Shown piece after piece: positions 19,103 to 28,483 of a stretch of 64,000 nt of DNA. Source of the stretch: an uncultured virus (IMG/VR IMGVR_UViG_3300022753_000048) (Duplodnaviria > Heunggongvirae > Uroviricota > Caudoviricetes); the IMG/VR virus record IMGVR_UViG_3300022753_000048, positions 1 through 64,000 of that record, one strand, 5' to 3'. The position numbers and the translations under genes were made by a program. Positions within the stretch are counted from its first letter, which is position 1; every line of letters begins with the position of its first letter. The notes beneath the pieces are model-generated. The model did not search any database, was not told where the DNA came from, and saw only the letters and a list, made by a program, of their open reading frames with translations.

Positions 19103-19178
19103 CCAGGTGTAGCTCAGCTGGTAGAGCGCGTGATTTGGGATCACGAGGCCGCAGGTTCGAGACCTGTCACTTGGACCA
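19103..19178 (+). tRNA. tRNA-Pro(TGG)
   Basis: Cloverleaf, loop TTTGGGA, CCA. Confidence 0.92.
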
Positions 19179-19234
19179 CGGTACTGAGGGTCACCGCAGC
19201 GAGTGGGGCGTATTCCACAAGACCCTCTCTAAAT

Positions 19235-19311
19235 GCCTACGTAGCTCAGATGGTTAGAGCACTACCCTCATAAGGTAGGGGTCGTAAGTTCAAATCTTAC
19301 CTTAGGCACCA
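19235..19311 (+). tRNA. tRNA-Met or Ile2 (CAT)
   Basis: Cloverleaf, loop CTCATAA, CCA. Confidence 0.9.
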
Positions 19312-19362
19312 TTAGACCTATTTGGTTCGTATCGAATGAGACATATTTGTTAAGATATTTTA

Positions 19363-19770
19363 ATGGATAGTAATTTAAGAGGAACAATAACAGAGTTAAA
19401 ATGCAAGACTTATTTTTTAGAGTTGGGATACATGGTTTCTACTCCAGAAAGTCCTGCACGGTATGATTTTATCCTTGATTATGAGGGTAAATTATTAAGA
19501 ATTCAAGTAAAAACTTCAAAGAGCGATGGAGAAAAAATTTCTTTTGAAACTTGCTCTTCGCACATTACAAGAGATGGCGCAAATCGTCGTTCTTATCAGT
19601 CAGAAATTGATTATTTTTGTACTTGGTTTAATGATGAATGTTATTTAATTCCTATAGCAGAATGTGGGTCCAGAGAAAAATCTTTGAGATTAGTCCCAAC
19701 AAAAAATGGGCAAATTAAAAACATTTGTTTTGCCAAAGATTATATTGCTAAGGAGGTTCTTAGCAAATAA
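19363..19770 (+). CDS. PD-(D/E)XK homing endonuclease (group I intron-associated family type)
   Basis: G..TE, RYDFI, RIQVKT and EIDYF motifs. Confidence 0.85.
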   Translation: MDSNLRGTITELKCKTYFLELGYMVSTPESPARYDFILDYEGKLLRIQVKTSKSDGEKISFETCSSHITRDGANRRSYQSEIDYFCTWFNDECYLIPIAECGSREKSLRLVPTKNGQIKNICFAKDYIAKEVLSK

Positions 19771-19780
19771 GTGAATTTGA

Positions 19781-19824
19781 TACGAACCAGCAGGTCGGTG
19801 GTTCGATTCCACCCGGAGGTACCA
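19781..19824 (+). pseudogene. 3' half of a tRNA-Arg(ACG)-like gene
   Basis: TACGAA-CCAGC-AGGTC-GGTGG-TTCGATT-CCACC-CGGAGGT-ACCA with no matching 5' half nearby. Confidence 0.7.
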
Positions 19825-19845
19825 TTTTAATTGGAGAGTGATTTG

Positions 19846-20160
19846 ATGAAGAGAACCAGTGCTTATTATCGTGAAATGGCTTGGCGCCATGCAATTCGTA
19901 AAAGACGTATCGCTCGTGAGGTCTATCCCGAATCTCCTGGGTGGGACTATTATCCCAACCTTCATCAGTTCTCCAAGAATAAAATTCACTGTTCCTGCCC
20001 TTTCTGTAGTGCAAAAACACGCAATAAGGGTAAGCGCAGACAGAATGCTCATGGATTCAGTCCTTCTATTAACTACAAGATTTCTGACTTGAAAAAGATT
20101 CAGCGACTTGAGTTTAGTGAGGAAGATTTTCAGAATTTTGACTTTTCTGAAAATTCGTGA
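19846..20160 (+). CDS. small basic hypothetical protein
   Basis: RBS; HQFSKNKIHCSCPFCS motif. Confidence 0.7.
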   Translation: MKRTSAYYREMAWRHAIRKRRIAREVYPESPGWDYYPNLHQFSKNKIHCSCPFCSAKTRNKGKRRQNAHGFSPSINYKISDLKKIQRLEFSEEDFQNFDFSENS

Positions 20161-20200
20161 TATAATATTTATACAATCGGTTGAGAAATCAACCGAATAT

Positions 20201-20274
20201 CCAGTATTGGTGTAATGGTAGCATTACAGATTTCCACTCTGTCGGTGAGGGTTCGAACCCCTTATACTGGTCCA
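20201..20274 (+). tRNA. tRNA-Gly(TCC)
   Basis: Loop TTTCCAC, U73, CCA. Confidence 0.88.
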
Positions 20275-20368
20275 GATATTTGCTCGGTAGCAATGAGGTA
20301 GCTCCTTATTGAGTAATGGCTCCTATCCAAGCGAGCATTTATAATAAATAGCATAGGAGGCTATTATA

Positions 20369-20767
20369 ATGAATAAAACTCAAATTGGGGATATTTCTGA
20401 ATAGAAATTTATTATTCATTGTCTGGTAAAAGATATACCAGTTTGTAAACCAATAGGTAATAATTTACCATATGATTTTGTTGTTGATTACAATGGTAAT
20501 TTGCTTAGAATTTAGGTAAAAACTGCTTATAGGGGTACTTCTCAAGATACTTGGGTATTTAATACTAGAAGCACTTCTAAAAATTACAATGAAATAACTA
20601 ACCATAATTATATTGGTTTAATTGATTATTTTGCTGTCGTTAATCCAGAATTTGAACATATTATTTTTGTTCCAATTGATAAGGCGGCGAAGGGTAGCAT
20701 GATAATTTATTATGGCGAAACTCCAAAATCAAATCAAAAGTGGTATAAAGATTTTGTTTTGTTTTAA
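20369..20767 (+). CDS. PD-(D/E)XK homing endonuclease (2 TAG, one in the catalytic QxK motif)
   Basis: GDISE*...PYDFVV...LRI*VKT, paralogous to RIQVKT (19363) and RVQVKS (30094). Confidence 0.85.
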
Positions 20768-20768
20768 T

Positions 20769-20842
20769 GGCGATATAGTTTAATGGTAAAACGAGAGCTT
20801 TGTAACCTTTCGTCTTCAGTTCGATTCTGAATATCGCCTCCA
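20769..20842 (+). tRNA. tRNA-Thr(TGT)
   Basis: Loop TTTGTAA, weak anticodon stem, CCA. Confidence 0.8.
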
Positions 20843-20920
20843 AGGGGTAAACTTGTGAATCCCGCTTAGGCATATGCAAATCAAGTAGGTCAATGACCCG
20901 ACTGACCATCGGGTCAATAT

Positions 20921-20996
20921 GTGGCTGTGGCTCAGTTGGTAGAGCATCTGATTGCCATTCAGAAGGTCGCGGGTTCAAATCCCGTCAGCCACTCCA
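20921..20996 (+). tRNA. tRNA-Gly(GCC)
   Basis: Cloverleaf, loop TTGCCAT, CCA. Confidence 0.92.
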
Positions 20997-21028
20997 GCCT
21001 TTTTCTCGCCGGGAGAAATCCGGTATAA

Positions 21029-21141
21029 AGACGCATACAGCAATTATAACTTCCTGAATAGTTTAGATGGTTTAAACACTTTCCTTCCAAGAGAGCAATC
21101 ACCGGTTCGAGTCCGGTTTTAGGACACAAATTTCGCGTCTT
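21029..21141 (+). ncRNA. Y-RNA-like copy 5, cargo = whole Gly(TCC)-like cloverleaf without CCA
   Basis: AGACGC-ata-CAGCAA...TCCTGAA..D arm..CTTTC-CTTCCAA-GAGAG..ACCGG-TTCGAGT-CCGGT-TTTAGGA...GCGTCT. Confidence 0.8.
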
Positions 21142-21159
21142 GTAATTAAAACATAACAA

Positions 21160-21990
21160 AGGAAGAAGCCTAGAGATGCTGCTTCAAGGGTGGTTCCCGG
21201 ATAGGGAAGGAGCGAGTTCCGTGCGGAATAGTTCTCCTAGCGAAACCTAAGCCTTTGTTTTATAAGTCCTCATGATGATGCCCGCATCCGAATAGGAATG
21301 GCGAGGACGCTTTCGACTGAATCATCATGCAACTTGATAAAATTTGTACAACTCGGTGCAGAGCGAATACCATCGTGCCGAGAACCCAATCCTGCCCGTG
21401 GGCGCCAGGAGTCCGAAATGCAAGCGTGTTGACGATAGCCAACACTAGGTAGAGGGCTTGTATCGTGAGATATGAGTTCCGCCTCAGAACTGAGGTCTTG
21501 GATGGAGGGGTGTGCTGACATAATCGCGTTCAAAGACACTGTCTTGTCGCTTCCGCAATAGACGCCCCTGTGGGGGAATAAGCCTTGTTAGGGATTAGTT
21601 GGTGACTGTTCCAGACCAAGGTACACCAATAAGGAAGTTTGCGTTGATGACGGAGTAATCCGGATATAAGACAAGGTTGTGGTACGAGTAGCCCAATCGC
21701 AAATAACAATAATGCTTGGATGATTATAGTTTTGTAATAGAATCAAATTGCAAAAGATATTTCTGAATGGCGGGTGAAAGTTGTAGGTAATCATTCCTAC
21801 GTGAGATTTAGAAGCATCAAGCGCTTATCCCACATTGAGTGGGTCACTACGTGGAGGTGCCAGGGAAGCTGGAAGGCTTCTGGGGCCGGAAGTCATAGGG
21901 TCGCTACCTATGGCTCAGACCGTGTCTCCTCACTGGTCGAATATGAGCGAAGGTTAAACAGTTGGTAGGGCGAAGGTCCGTACGATTTTA
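21160..21990 (+). ncRNA. large (~830 nt) structured ncRNA candidate, GOLLD-like
   Basis: Non-coding, GC-elevated, dense hairpins, inside a phage tRNA cluster. Family suggested only by size, context and recalled motifs. Confidence 0.55.
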
Positions 21991-22138
21991 TTGAGTTAAA
22001 TAGTTGCTATGAAGTCTGAATAGTTAAAGGATGGAGCAACAACCGTTTACGCTGGGAGCGGTATATAAATAGAACAGGTAAGCTCGATGAGTCTTAATGC
22101 GAGTACCTTTAGAGTGGATAAAGGTTAAACTCTTTTAT

Positions 22139-22214
22139 GGAGGGATAGTACAGCTGGTTAGTACAGGCGACTGATAATCGTCAGACCTGGGTTCAAGTCC
22201 CGGTCCTTCTACCA
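22139..22214 (+). tRNA. tRNA-Ile(GAT)
   Basis: Loop CTGATAA, CCA. Confidence 0.9.
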
Positions 22215-22531
22215 CAGGAGCACGACCTGAGACTCCTTTGTTAATTCTGAGGGTATAACCAAATCTTGTGACGATATGTGGAAATCAAGACGTACGTACC
22301 TTATACGTAACTAAGGCCCTGGCGTGGAAAGAAGCTCTAGGTAAGTGTACATATATCCTAGTTAAAGGTCCCCAGTTGCCTTTATACCTACTGGTTACGT
22401 TAGAGGATTAGGTGCCTCCATAAGTCTTTAGATGAGGTGGGGAAGAACGGAATCAAAACCTCTAGAGGGTGTAATCCCTGCTTAGTAAAACTATAAGTTT
22501 GGTCTATACTAATCTAGACCACTTAATATTT

Positions 22532-22609
22532 GCTCCGCTAGCTCAATTGGTAGTCAGCACCACCCTTTTAAGGTGGGGGTTCCGAGTTCGATCCTCGGGC
22601 GGGGCACCA
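22532..22609 (+). tRNA. tRNA-Lys(TTT)
   Basis: Loop CTTTTAA, CCA. Confidence 0.9.
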
Positions 22610-22611
22610 TA

Positions 22612-22723
22612 AGGCGCTTGCAGCAATTCTACTTCTTTCTGAAATAGTTTAAAGGTTAAACAACAAACTTGTAATTTGTCATTGACGGTTCGAATCCGTT
22701 TTTTAGAACGAAAAGGCGCCTAG
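22612..22723 (+). ncRNA. Y-RNA-like copy 6, cargo = whole Thr(TGT)-like cloverleaf without CCA
   Basis: AGGCGC-ttg-CAGCAA...ACAAA-CTTGTAA-TTTGT..GACGG-TTCGAAT-CCGTT...GCGCCT-AG. Confidence 0.8.
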
Positions 22724-22745
22724 AATGTCTTAAAAGGAGTTTTCT

Positions 22746-22988
22746 ATGAAACTGACTAAAACTACTGAGATTGATGCTTTTCGTGAAGCAATCAATAAGT
22801 GCCAGGGAGACGTATGGCTTGAATCCATTTATGGTGATAAGTATAATCTAAAGTCTTTGTTTTCTCAGCATATGGCACTTGATGCAATGTTAGCGGAAAA
22901 TGGCGATGATTTAGAGCTATTTTGTTCTATTCCTGCAGAAGAAGGTTATTTCTTCAAGTTCTTTCATGAACATCCTGAGGTTCTGTGA
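22746..22988 (+). CDS. small hypothetical protein (possibly HPr-like fold)
   Basis: AAAGGAG RBS; C.GDV.L.S..GD..NLKS motif. Confidence 0.65.
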   Translation: MKLTKTTEIDAFREAINKCQGDVWLESIYGDKYNLKSLFSQHMALDAMLAENGDDLELFCSIPAEEGYFFKFFHEHPEVL

Positions 22989-22997
22989 CCTCAATAT

Positions 22998-23071
22998 TGG
23001 GGATTGTTGTAATGGTAGCAATCGGGCCTTTGAAGCCTAAAGTTGGAGTTCAAATCTCTAATCCCCAGCCA
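22998..23071 (+). tRNA. tRNA-Gln(TTG)
   Basis: U1-A72, loop CTTTGAA, CCA. Confidence 0.88.
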
Positions 23072-23137
23072 CGGCCCAAGGCCGTTTGTCGCAGTAGGTT
23101 TAGCCGCTACTGTTATATGAAACGGCCTTCTTTATAT

Positions 23138-23213
23138 TGCCGGATAGTCTAATTGGTTAAAACACCGTCCTCTGAAGTCGGCTTTCTTGGTTCGAGTCCA
23201 AGTCTGGCAACCA
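23138..23213 (+). tRNA. tRNA-Gln(CTG)
   Basis: U1-A72, loop CTCTGAA, CCA. Confidence 0.88.
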
Positions 23214-23238
23214 GGGCGAAAGCCCTCCTTTCTTAACA

Positions 23239-23386
23239 TAGACCCGTTTACAGCAAATTTTTCTGATAGAGGAAAATTGATACAACTTTTACTTGTATGC
23301 CTATTTGGTGTTGAAGGTGTTCGATAAGGAGAACAAACAACGTTCACTGGAGCCTTCCATTATTGTTACAGTTCTTATGGGTCTAG
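23239..23386 (+). ncRNA. Y-RNA-like copy 7, cargo includes a Lys(TTT) anticodon stem-loop
   Basis: AGACCC-gttta-CAGCAA...ATACAA-CTTTTAC-TTGTAT...GGGTCT-AG. Confidence 0.72.
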
Positions 23387-23396
23387 ACTTGATTAT

Positions 23397-23473
23397 GGCA
23401 CTGTCGTCAAGTCCGGTAAGGCAGCGGTCTGCAAAATCGCGATACGCAGGTTCAAATCCTGCCAGTGCCTCCA
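23397..23473 (+). tRNA. tRNA-Cys(GCA)
   Basis: Loop CTGCAAA, U73, CCA. Confidence 0.9.
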
Positions 23474-23546
23474 GTGTCAAGAGGTTTAATATAGCTCTTG
23501 ACGTCCTATCATTAGCATAGGTGGGAGTACGGAACCTCCCTTTTAT

Positions 23547-23623
23547 CCTCTTGTAGCTCAATAGGTTAGAGCCCGCGACTTATAATCGCGAGGTTGGTAG
23601 TTCAATCCTACCCAGGAGGACCA
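23547..23623 (+). tRNA. tRNA-Ile(TAT)
   Basis: CGCGA-CTTATAA-TCGCG, CCA. Confidence 0.88.
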
Positions 23624-23739
23624 TAGACGCTTACAGCAACTTTTCAAGATTTCTATGTTAAAAGTTCGAGTCTTTTTATTTCAGCCATCAAATTTGAAAT
23701 ATAGCACAAGTGGTAGTGCAAGAAACAAAAAGCGTCTAG
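23624..23739 (+). ncRNA. Y-RNA-like copy 8, YrlA-type circularly permuted tRNA cargo
   Basis: AGACGC-tta-CAGCAA..TTTCT..T arm AAAAG-TTCGAGT-CTTTT, closed acceptor TATTTCA-gccatcaaatt-TGAAATA, D arm GCAC-AAGTGGTA-GTGC, AGAAA..GCGTCT-AG. Confidence 0.85.
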
Positions 23740-23817
23740 AAATTTGAAAAATTATAAATTTCGATTTATAATATATATATCCAATTAAGGAAAACATTCA
23801 AAACAAAGGAGAAAATT

Positions 23818-24171
23818 ATGATTAAGAATCCTAGCTATCGCATTTATGAAACCCCCAACAAGGTTATTGCTGTTTCTAGCTTCGCAGGTCAGACTGTACG
23901 CGGTGTCGCTAAGTGCAATCCTGCAGATGAGTTTGACCCCGAGAAGGGCGCCGCTCTGGCTGCTGCTCGATGCGGTGTAAAGATTGCTGAGAAGCGAGTA
24001 AAGCGAGCCTATTCCAAGGTCGATGAAGCTAAGGCTATTGTTGATGCAGCAATCGCTCATTTGTCTGAGATGATGAAGTATCAGGCTGATGCTGAAGCAA
24101 ATCTGAATGGTGCCCAGTTTGAGCTGGAAGCCACTCTGGCCTGGATTTGCGGTAGAGACGAAGCAATCTGA
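23818..24171 (+). CDS. hypothetical protein
   Basis: Early promoter and AAAGGAG RBS; AKC.P.DEFD.EKG..LA motif. Confidence 0.75.
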   Translation: MIKNPSYRIYETPNKVIAVSSFAGQTVRGVAKCNPADEFDPEKGAALAAARCGVKIAEKRVKRAYSKVDEAKAIVDAAIAHLSEMMKYQADAEANLNGAQFELEATLAWICGRDEAI

Positions 24172-24204
24172 TTTTTCATGTGGGGCCGCAAGGCTCCACC
24201 AGAT

Positions 24205-24300
24205 GGATGGTTACCGAAATGGTTATAACGGCCTAGTCTTGAAAACTTGTGTGTCGGCTAACGAACCGACATGGGGGTTCGAGTCCCTCACCATCCGCCA
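24205..24300 (+). tRNA. tRNA-Ser(TGA)
   Basis: Long variable arm, loop CTTGAAA, G73, CCA. Confidence 0.9.
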
Positions 24301-24428
24301 GAATCCGCTCGGATGGCCATGAGTCCAGCGCGACGGCGCCATGTGAGTTGCACATGAGGAGCGGTATATAAATGAATATGGGCCACGGTGGGCTTGGTAG
24401 ACTCTTCAAGGAAAAACCCACATCATTT

Positions 24429-24516
24429 GGACCGGTGGGGTAATGGTATCCCAAAGGATTGCTAATCCTTCCTACTCGAGAGGGTAGTCTGAGTTCGATT
24501 CTCGGTCGGTCCGCCA
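24429..24516 (+). tRNA. tRNA-Ser(GCT)
   Basis: Long variable arm, loop TTGCTAA, CCA. Confidence 0.9.
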
Positions 24517-25009
24517 TGGGAATGGTTCTTCGCCCTGCTTGACTGGCAATTGGAAGCGTTTGAGATGAACGAGAAATCTCCGTGGTTAAAGGGGAGGAGC
24601 GACGTTATAGGTAAACTCCCTGGTTTCAGCTAACTGGTCGAGACCAATAGAGGCACAAGTCAGCCAACCAGTTCCGAAATTTCAAAATGAAAAAGTTTGA
24701 AAATTTTGAAGTTTTGAGTTATAATATATACATAAGGTTAGAAAAGAATAAGAAACGCTGAGTCATAGACCACTCTTGAACCTCATACATAGAAGTTGGC
24801 GGAATGGCAGGTTAGGTTCTTATTTGGATGTCTTTGGTTTCTTAGGGGAATTGTGAGGCGTTGCCCTATTTGGTCAATTTCATCAAGCCTTATGGAATGA
24901 AAGTTTCCTTATCCAAAGCCCGCGGGAGATTTAAAGACGGACTGAGCATCAGTAATTCTGATTGGAACTTGAAGAGGAAGTCGTTGGCTGACGTAAGGCC
25001 CATGTAAAT

Positions 25010-25086
<77 letters not shown>

Positions 25087-25590
25087 TTGGGTTTAAGGTA
25101 GTAGTAAATTCCCTAAAAACTATACCAAACGTAACTGAGCGTGCGACAGTAGGAAAATCCACGGCAAAATCAGTCGGCTTCGGCAACGGAAGCATGGTCA
25201 AAGTTGGTGTTGTGCTTGTTGAGTAACAAACGATAAAATACTCCGGAAGCGAAAAAATAATAAGCAGTTCCGTTAAAGTGATAGTCGCGAATATCATCTG
25301 CAATCCCATCAAAAACTTTTCTTTTCTGCCAGAAGAACCTGGCTCGGATTGGTAAACCGTCGACATGGGTCAATGCCAATTACGAATACAACAGTACCAA
25401 AAAGCGCTAGAATTCCGGCTATAAGTTTATTTGGGAGCCGTAGAAAGATTAGAAAAGAATTTTGATTTGGGCTGATCGAAAGATCTTGGCTCACCTTAGG
25501 AGGGACAAGGAATATCCTTAGTGAGAATCCTTGCGGCCGGCTGTGTCGGTTGAAATCACAGCTACCGCGCAGGTAAGGTAGAATCCTGCT
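25087..25590 (+). ncRNA. ~500-nt structured ncRNA candidate
   Basis: Non-coding inter-tRNA segment with multiple hairpins. Confidence 0.4.
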
Positions 25591-25594
25591 ATAT

Positions 25595-25672
25595 GGTACC
25601 ATGGTGTAAACTGGTAAACACATCAGCCTTTCAAGCTGAAGAGTCCGGGTTCGATTCCCGGTGGTATCACCA
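25595..25672 (+). tRNA. tRNA-Glu(TTC)
   Basis: Loop CTTTCAA, CCA. Confidence 0.9.
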
Positions 25673-26545
25673 GATAGCTTGTCTATCCAGGCTTGGCTGA
25701 TAGACTCCCGTAAGGGAGAGGAAAGGGGAAACTGACAAAGCCCCGCCGTGACGAGCGGTAAACCAAGCAAAACGTGCCGGGACTGGCTGAGGTTGAAAAG
25801 ACCTTTTCGGATACGTCCCCCGTGTCCTAACTCAAACTTGATGATGTGAAGTGAGCTTTCGAGGGCCAACTGGCAGAGAAAGTTCGTTGCCGCAAGCGAC
25901 TGGCATCAATGCAAAAGGATGGTTTGAGGTACAGTAAACCGTAGGAAGGTTAGTTCGAGTTTAGCTAACAAGGGCGACTTCCAGTTCATCTGCTATGGTG
26001 GATGAATCCGTGTGAGTACGAAAGCAAAGGAAAGCACACGCAGGCGGGTAGCATTTTTGCACTCAAAAGGTGTGAAAACTACGATAAGAGTCTGTCTGCT
26101 GTCACATAACTTAGTGTAGGTTCGAGTCCTACCGGACGCCCCAAACTTAAACTTCGGGGCAAAGCTACATTTGCCTCTTATATGCGTCCGTAGCTCAATA
26201 GGAAGAGCAATCTGTGTTGAAAACAGATGTTATAAGTAAAAATCTCTTATTGGGAACGATGAAAAGTGTCCTAATCCCTTAGTGGTAAGCAATAAGGGAT
26301 GCAAGGTGTCACAAGCATCTTGTATTTGATTGAAGCGAAACTAGAACGAGGTCGCAGTCGTGAACAGCCCGCAAGGTTGATAGTGGAGTGATAATCGAGT
26401 AAGCGTTCCTTTAAAGGCGTAAGCAAGCCTGTGGTCATTGTGGTGTGACTACAAATTGCGGGCATGAGCGGTACTACCCAAAAGGTAGTGGAAAAGCACT
26501 CAAAACATAAAAGTGTTAAGCCGTAGCAATTCTAGGTATATTCTC
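25673..26545 (+). ncRNA. pair of structured ncRNA candidates joined by permuted tRNA halves
   Basis: Both parts carry a CYCAAAAGG-capped hairpin near their 3' ends (~26060, ~26478). A tRNA 3' half at 26116-26143 precedes its 5' half at 26184-26228. Confidence 0.55.
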
Positions 26546-26635
26546 AACCTATATTTTTCTTACCAATATTTAGTAACCTCTTTACCTTTGAGTAAGGCTA
26601 GTCGATGTGGATCTTCGGAATCGGTTACTATATAT

Positions 26636-26711
26636 GGGGCCGTGGCGCAATTGGGAGCGCAATTCCCTTGCAAGGAAAAGGTTGTGGGTTCAAGTCCCAT
26701 CGGTTCCACCA
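26636..26711 (+). tRNA. tRNA-Ala(TGC)
   Basis: G3-U70, loop CTTGCAA, CCA. Confidence 0.92.
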
Positions 26712-26946
26712 TAGAGGTCCTCCTTGGTATTGAGGGCGCCCATTAAAGCATAAACTACCAAATGTGAATGAGAGCGTAGACTAGAACACCGGTTTAAAAA
26801 CCATAATAGGAAAAATCTACGATGACGACGGTCGCGCCACAGAATAGGGGCGATATCCGGTTCTTCAAGGATGCTGAGGCAAAACAGCGTAATTAAAGAC
26901 AGACGAAGAGGAGTTTGCGGTTGCTTCCACCTAACCGCATTGATTT

Positions 26947-27030
26947 GGGTAGGTAGCGAATCGGCAAACGCGGCGGACTGTAAATCCGTTCTTTTTAAGG
27001 TAGTGGGCTCGACACCCACCCTGCCCACCA
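26947..27030 (+). tRNA. tRNA-Tyr(GTA)
   Basis: Loop CTGTAAA, extended variable arm, CCA. Confidence 0.9.
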
Positions 27031-27368
27031 CCGTGGTTAGCACGGCTTAACATCGATGTTCCGGTAATCAATCCGGTCCAGGTAATTAGTATGTTTCTCC
27101 CTGGGATAACAAAATTACAGAGGAAACTACTGCTCCTCAACTTGCGGATTGGCCGAGAGGTGCGAATCCGACGAGATGCTTACACTATGGGAGGAAATGT
27201 AGCCGGAAAAGTTAGTCCTCAACTGCGTGCACAGCAGTAAAAGCGGTACATAGGAGTCATAACCGCTGGTGTTTAGTGTCCAAATTAGTTCGACGAGAAC
27301 GAGCCCGCCTCGGGGATGAAAGAGGTGCCCGGTGGGAGGGTAGTCCGGACATAGAAATATCCCACGCT
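27031..27368 (+). ncRNA. ~340-nt structured ncRNA candidate
   Basis: Non-coding and hairpin-rich; shares a GGTAATCA.TCC element with the 21160-21990 RNA. Confidence 0.4.
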
Positions 27369-27371
27369 TAT

Positions 27372-27453
27372 GGGGGATTGCTGGAATAGGTAGACGGGGT
27401 GGTCTCAAAAACCACTGTTATTCGTATCGGTTCAAGTCCGATATCCCCTACCA
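27372..27453 (+). tRNA. tRNA-Leu(CAA)
   Basis: Loop CTCAAAA, A73, CCA. Confidence 0.88.
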
Positions 27454-27474
27454 ATAATATGGAGGTATTTAATT

Positions 27475-28092
27475 ATGCCATACATTTATAAAATTACTAA
27501 TGATGTAAATGGAAAGATTTACATTGGAAAGACCATTAAGACCATTGAAAGTAGATGGAAAGAACATTTATCAGACTACAACAAAAGTAGAAATGAAAAA
27601 CGCCCTTTATATGATGCAATGATAAAATATGGTATTGAACATTTTTCTATTGAGAAAATTGAGGAATGTTCTACTGAAAATTTAAATGAGCGAGAAAGAT
27701 ATTGGATTGAATTTTTTGGTTCGTTTAAATTTGGTTATAATGCAACAATTGGAGGAGATGGTAGACCTTTTCTGGATTATGATTTAGTAAATCAACTTTA
27801 TTCTGAAGGATATAATTGTTCAGAAATTGAAAAGATTACTGGATATTCTGATAAAAGTATAGCTTTAATTCTTTCTAACAGTGGAATAACTAAGCAACAA
27901 CGTCAAGCTAATTGTGGTCAATGGCAAAATAAAATTGTAAAAATGCTTGATAAAAATACGGGAGAAATTATTAAAGTTTTCCCTAAAATCATTGATGCCT
28001 ATTCTTTTTTAGGTAAACGAAAAAGTAGTCATATTCAAGAAGTTTGTTTAGGTAAACGGAAAACCGCTTATGGATATAGATGGAGTTATTAA
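27475..28092 (+). CDS. GIY-YIG/NUMOD1 homing endonuclease
   Basis: YIYKITNDVNGKIYIGKT...GYNATIGGDG...KTAYGYRW. Confidence 0.9.
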   Translation: MPYIYKITNDVNGKIYIGKTIKTIESRWKEHLSDYNKSRNEKRPLYDAMIKYGIEHFSIEKIEECSTENLNERERYWIEFFGSFKFGYNATIGGDGRPFLDYDLVNQLYSEGYNCSEIEKITGYSDKSIALILSNSGITKQQRQANCGQWQNKIVKMLDKNTGEIIKVFPKIIDAYSFLGKRKSSHIQEVCLGKRKTAYGYRWSY

Positions 28093-28176
28093 TTTCGGGT
28101 ACCAAAATTTGAAATTTATGTAAATTTAATGTATAATATATTTACAAAATGAATGAAGAAAAACTGTCAATTATTT

Positions 28177-28307
28177 TAGATGCGTGCAGCAACTATACTG
28201 TTAACTGACTTAAAATCAGAGGGTTATGGGTTCGAGTCCCATCTTGACGGAGACACCTCCGCTGAGTAGCTCAAGTGGTAGAGTTTTAAAACACAAAACG
28301 CATCTAG
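28177..28307 (+). ncRNA. Y-RNA-like copy 9, permuted tRNA cargo with Leu(TAA) anticodon loop
   Basis: AGATGC-gtg-CAGCAA..CTGA-CTTAAAA-TCAG..ATGGG-TTCGAGT-CCCAT..CGGAG-acac-CTCCG..D arm GCTC-AAGTGGTA-GAGT..GCATCT-AG. Confidence 0.85.
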
Positions 28308-28350
28308 CTCCTTTCCTAAGAAACAGACAAAACTGTTTTTGTATTCCATT

Positions 28351-28483
28351 TAGGTGCATACAGCAATTATTTAGTTAATGCTTGAGGAGCACGTACATTG
28401 TGGGTTCGAATCCCATCACTCTTCCCAAATGAAGAGTGTGGCGGAATTGGTAGACGCGCGTAAATAACACCAAATGCATCTAG
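28351..28483 (+). ncRNA. Y-RNA-like copy 10, permuted tRNA-Leu(GAG)-like cargo
   Basis: AGGTGC-ata-CAGCAA..TGC-TTGAGGA-GCA..GTGGG-TTCGAAT-CCCAT-CACTCTTC-ccaaat-GAAGAGTG-TGGCGGAATTGGTAGACGC..GCATCT-AG. Confidence 0.85.

Noticed and set aside
19363..19770. Group I intron around the PD-(D/E)XK genes
   Set aside because: The flanks are too short for a catalytic core and no P7 elements were recognised
26116..26228. Two-piece tmRNA
   Set aside because: No G3-U70 or A73, a normal D stem is present, and no tag reading frame was recognised
27118..27368. RNase P RNA (GAGGAAA start)
   Set aside because: Lacks the GAGGAAAGUCC and ACAGAA...CGGCUUA conserved P4 strands
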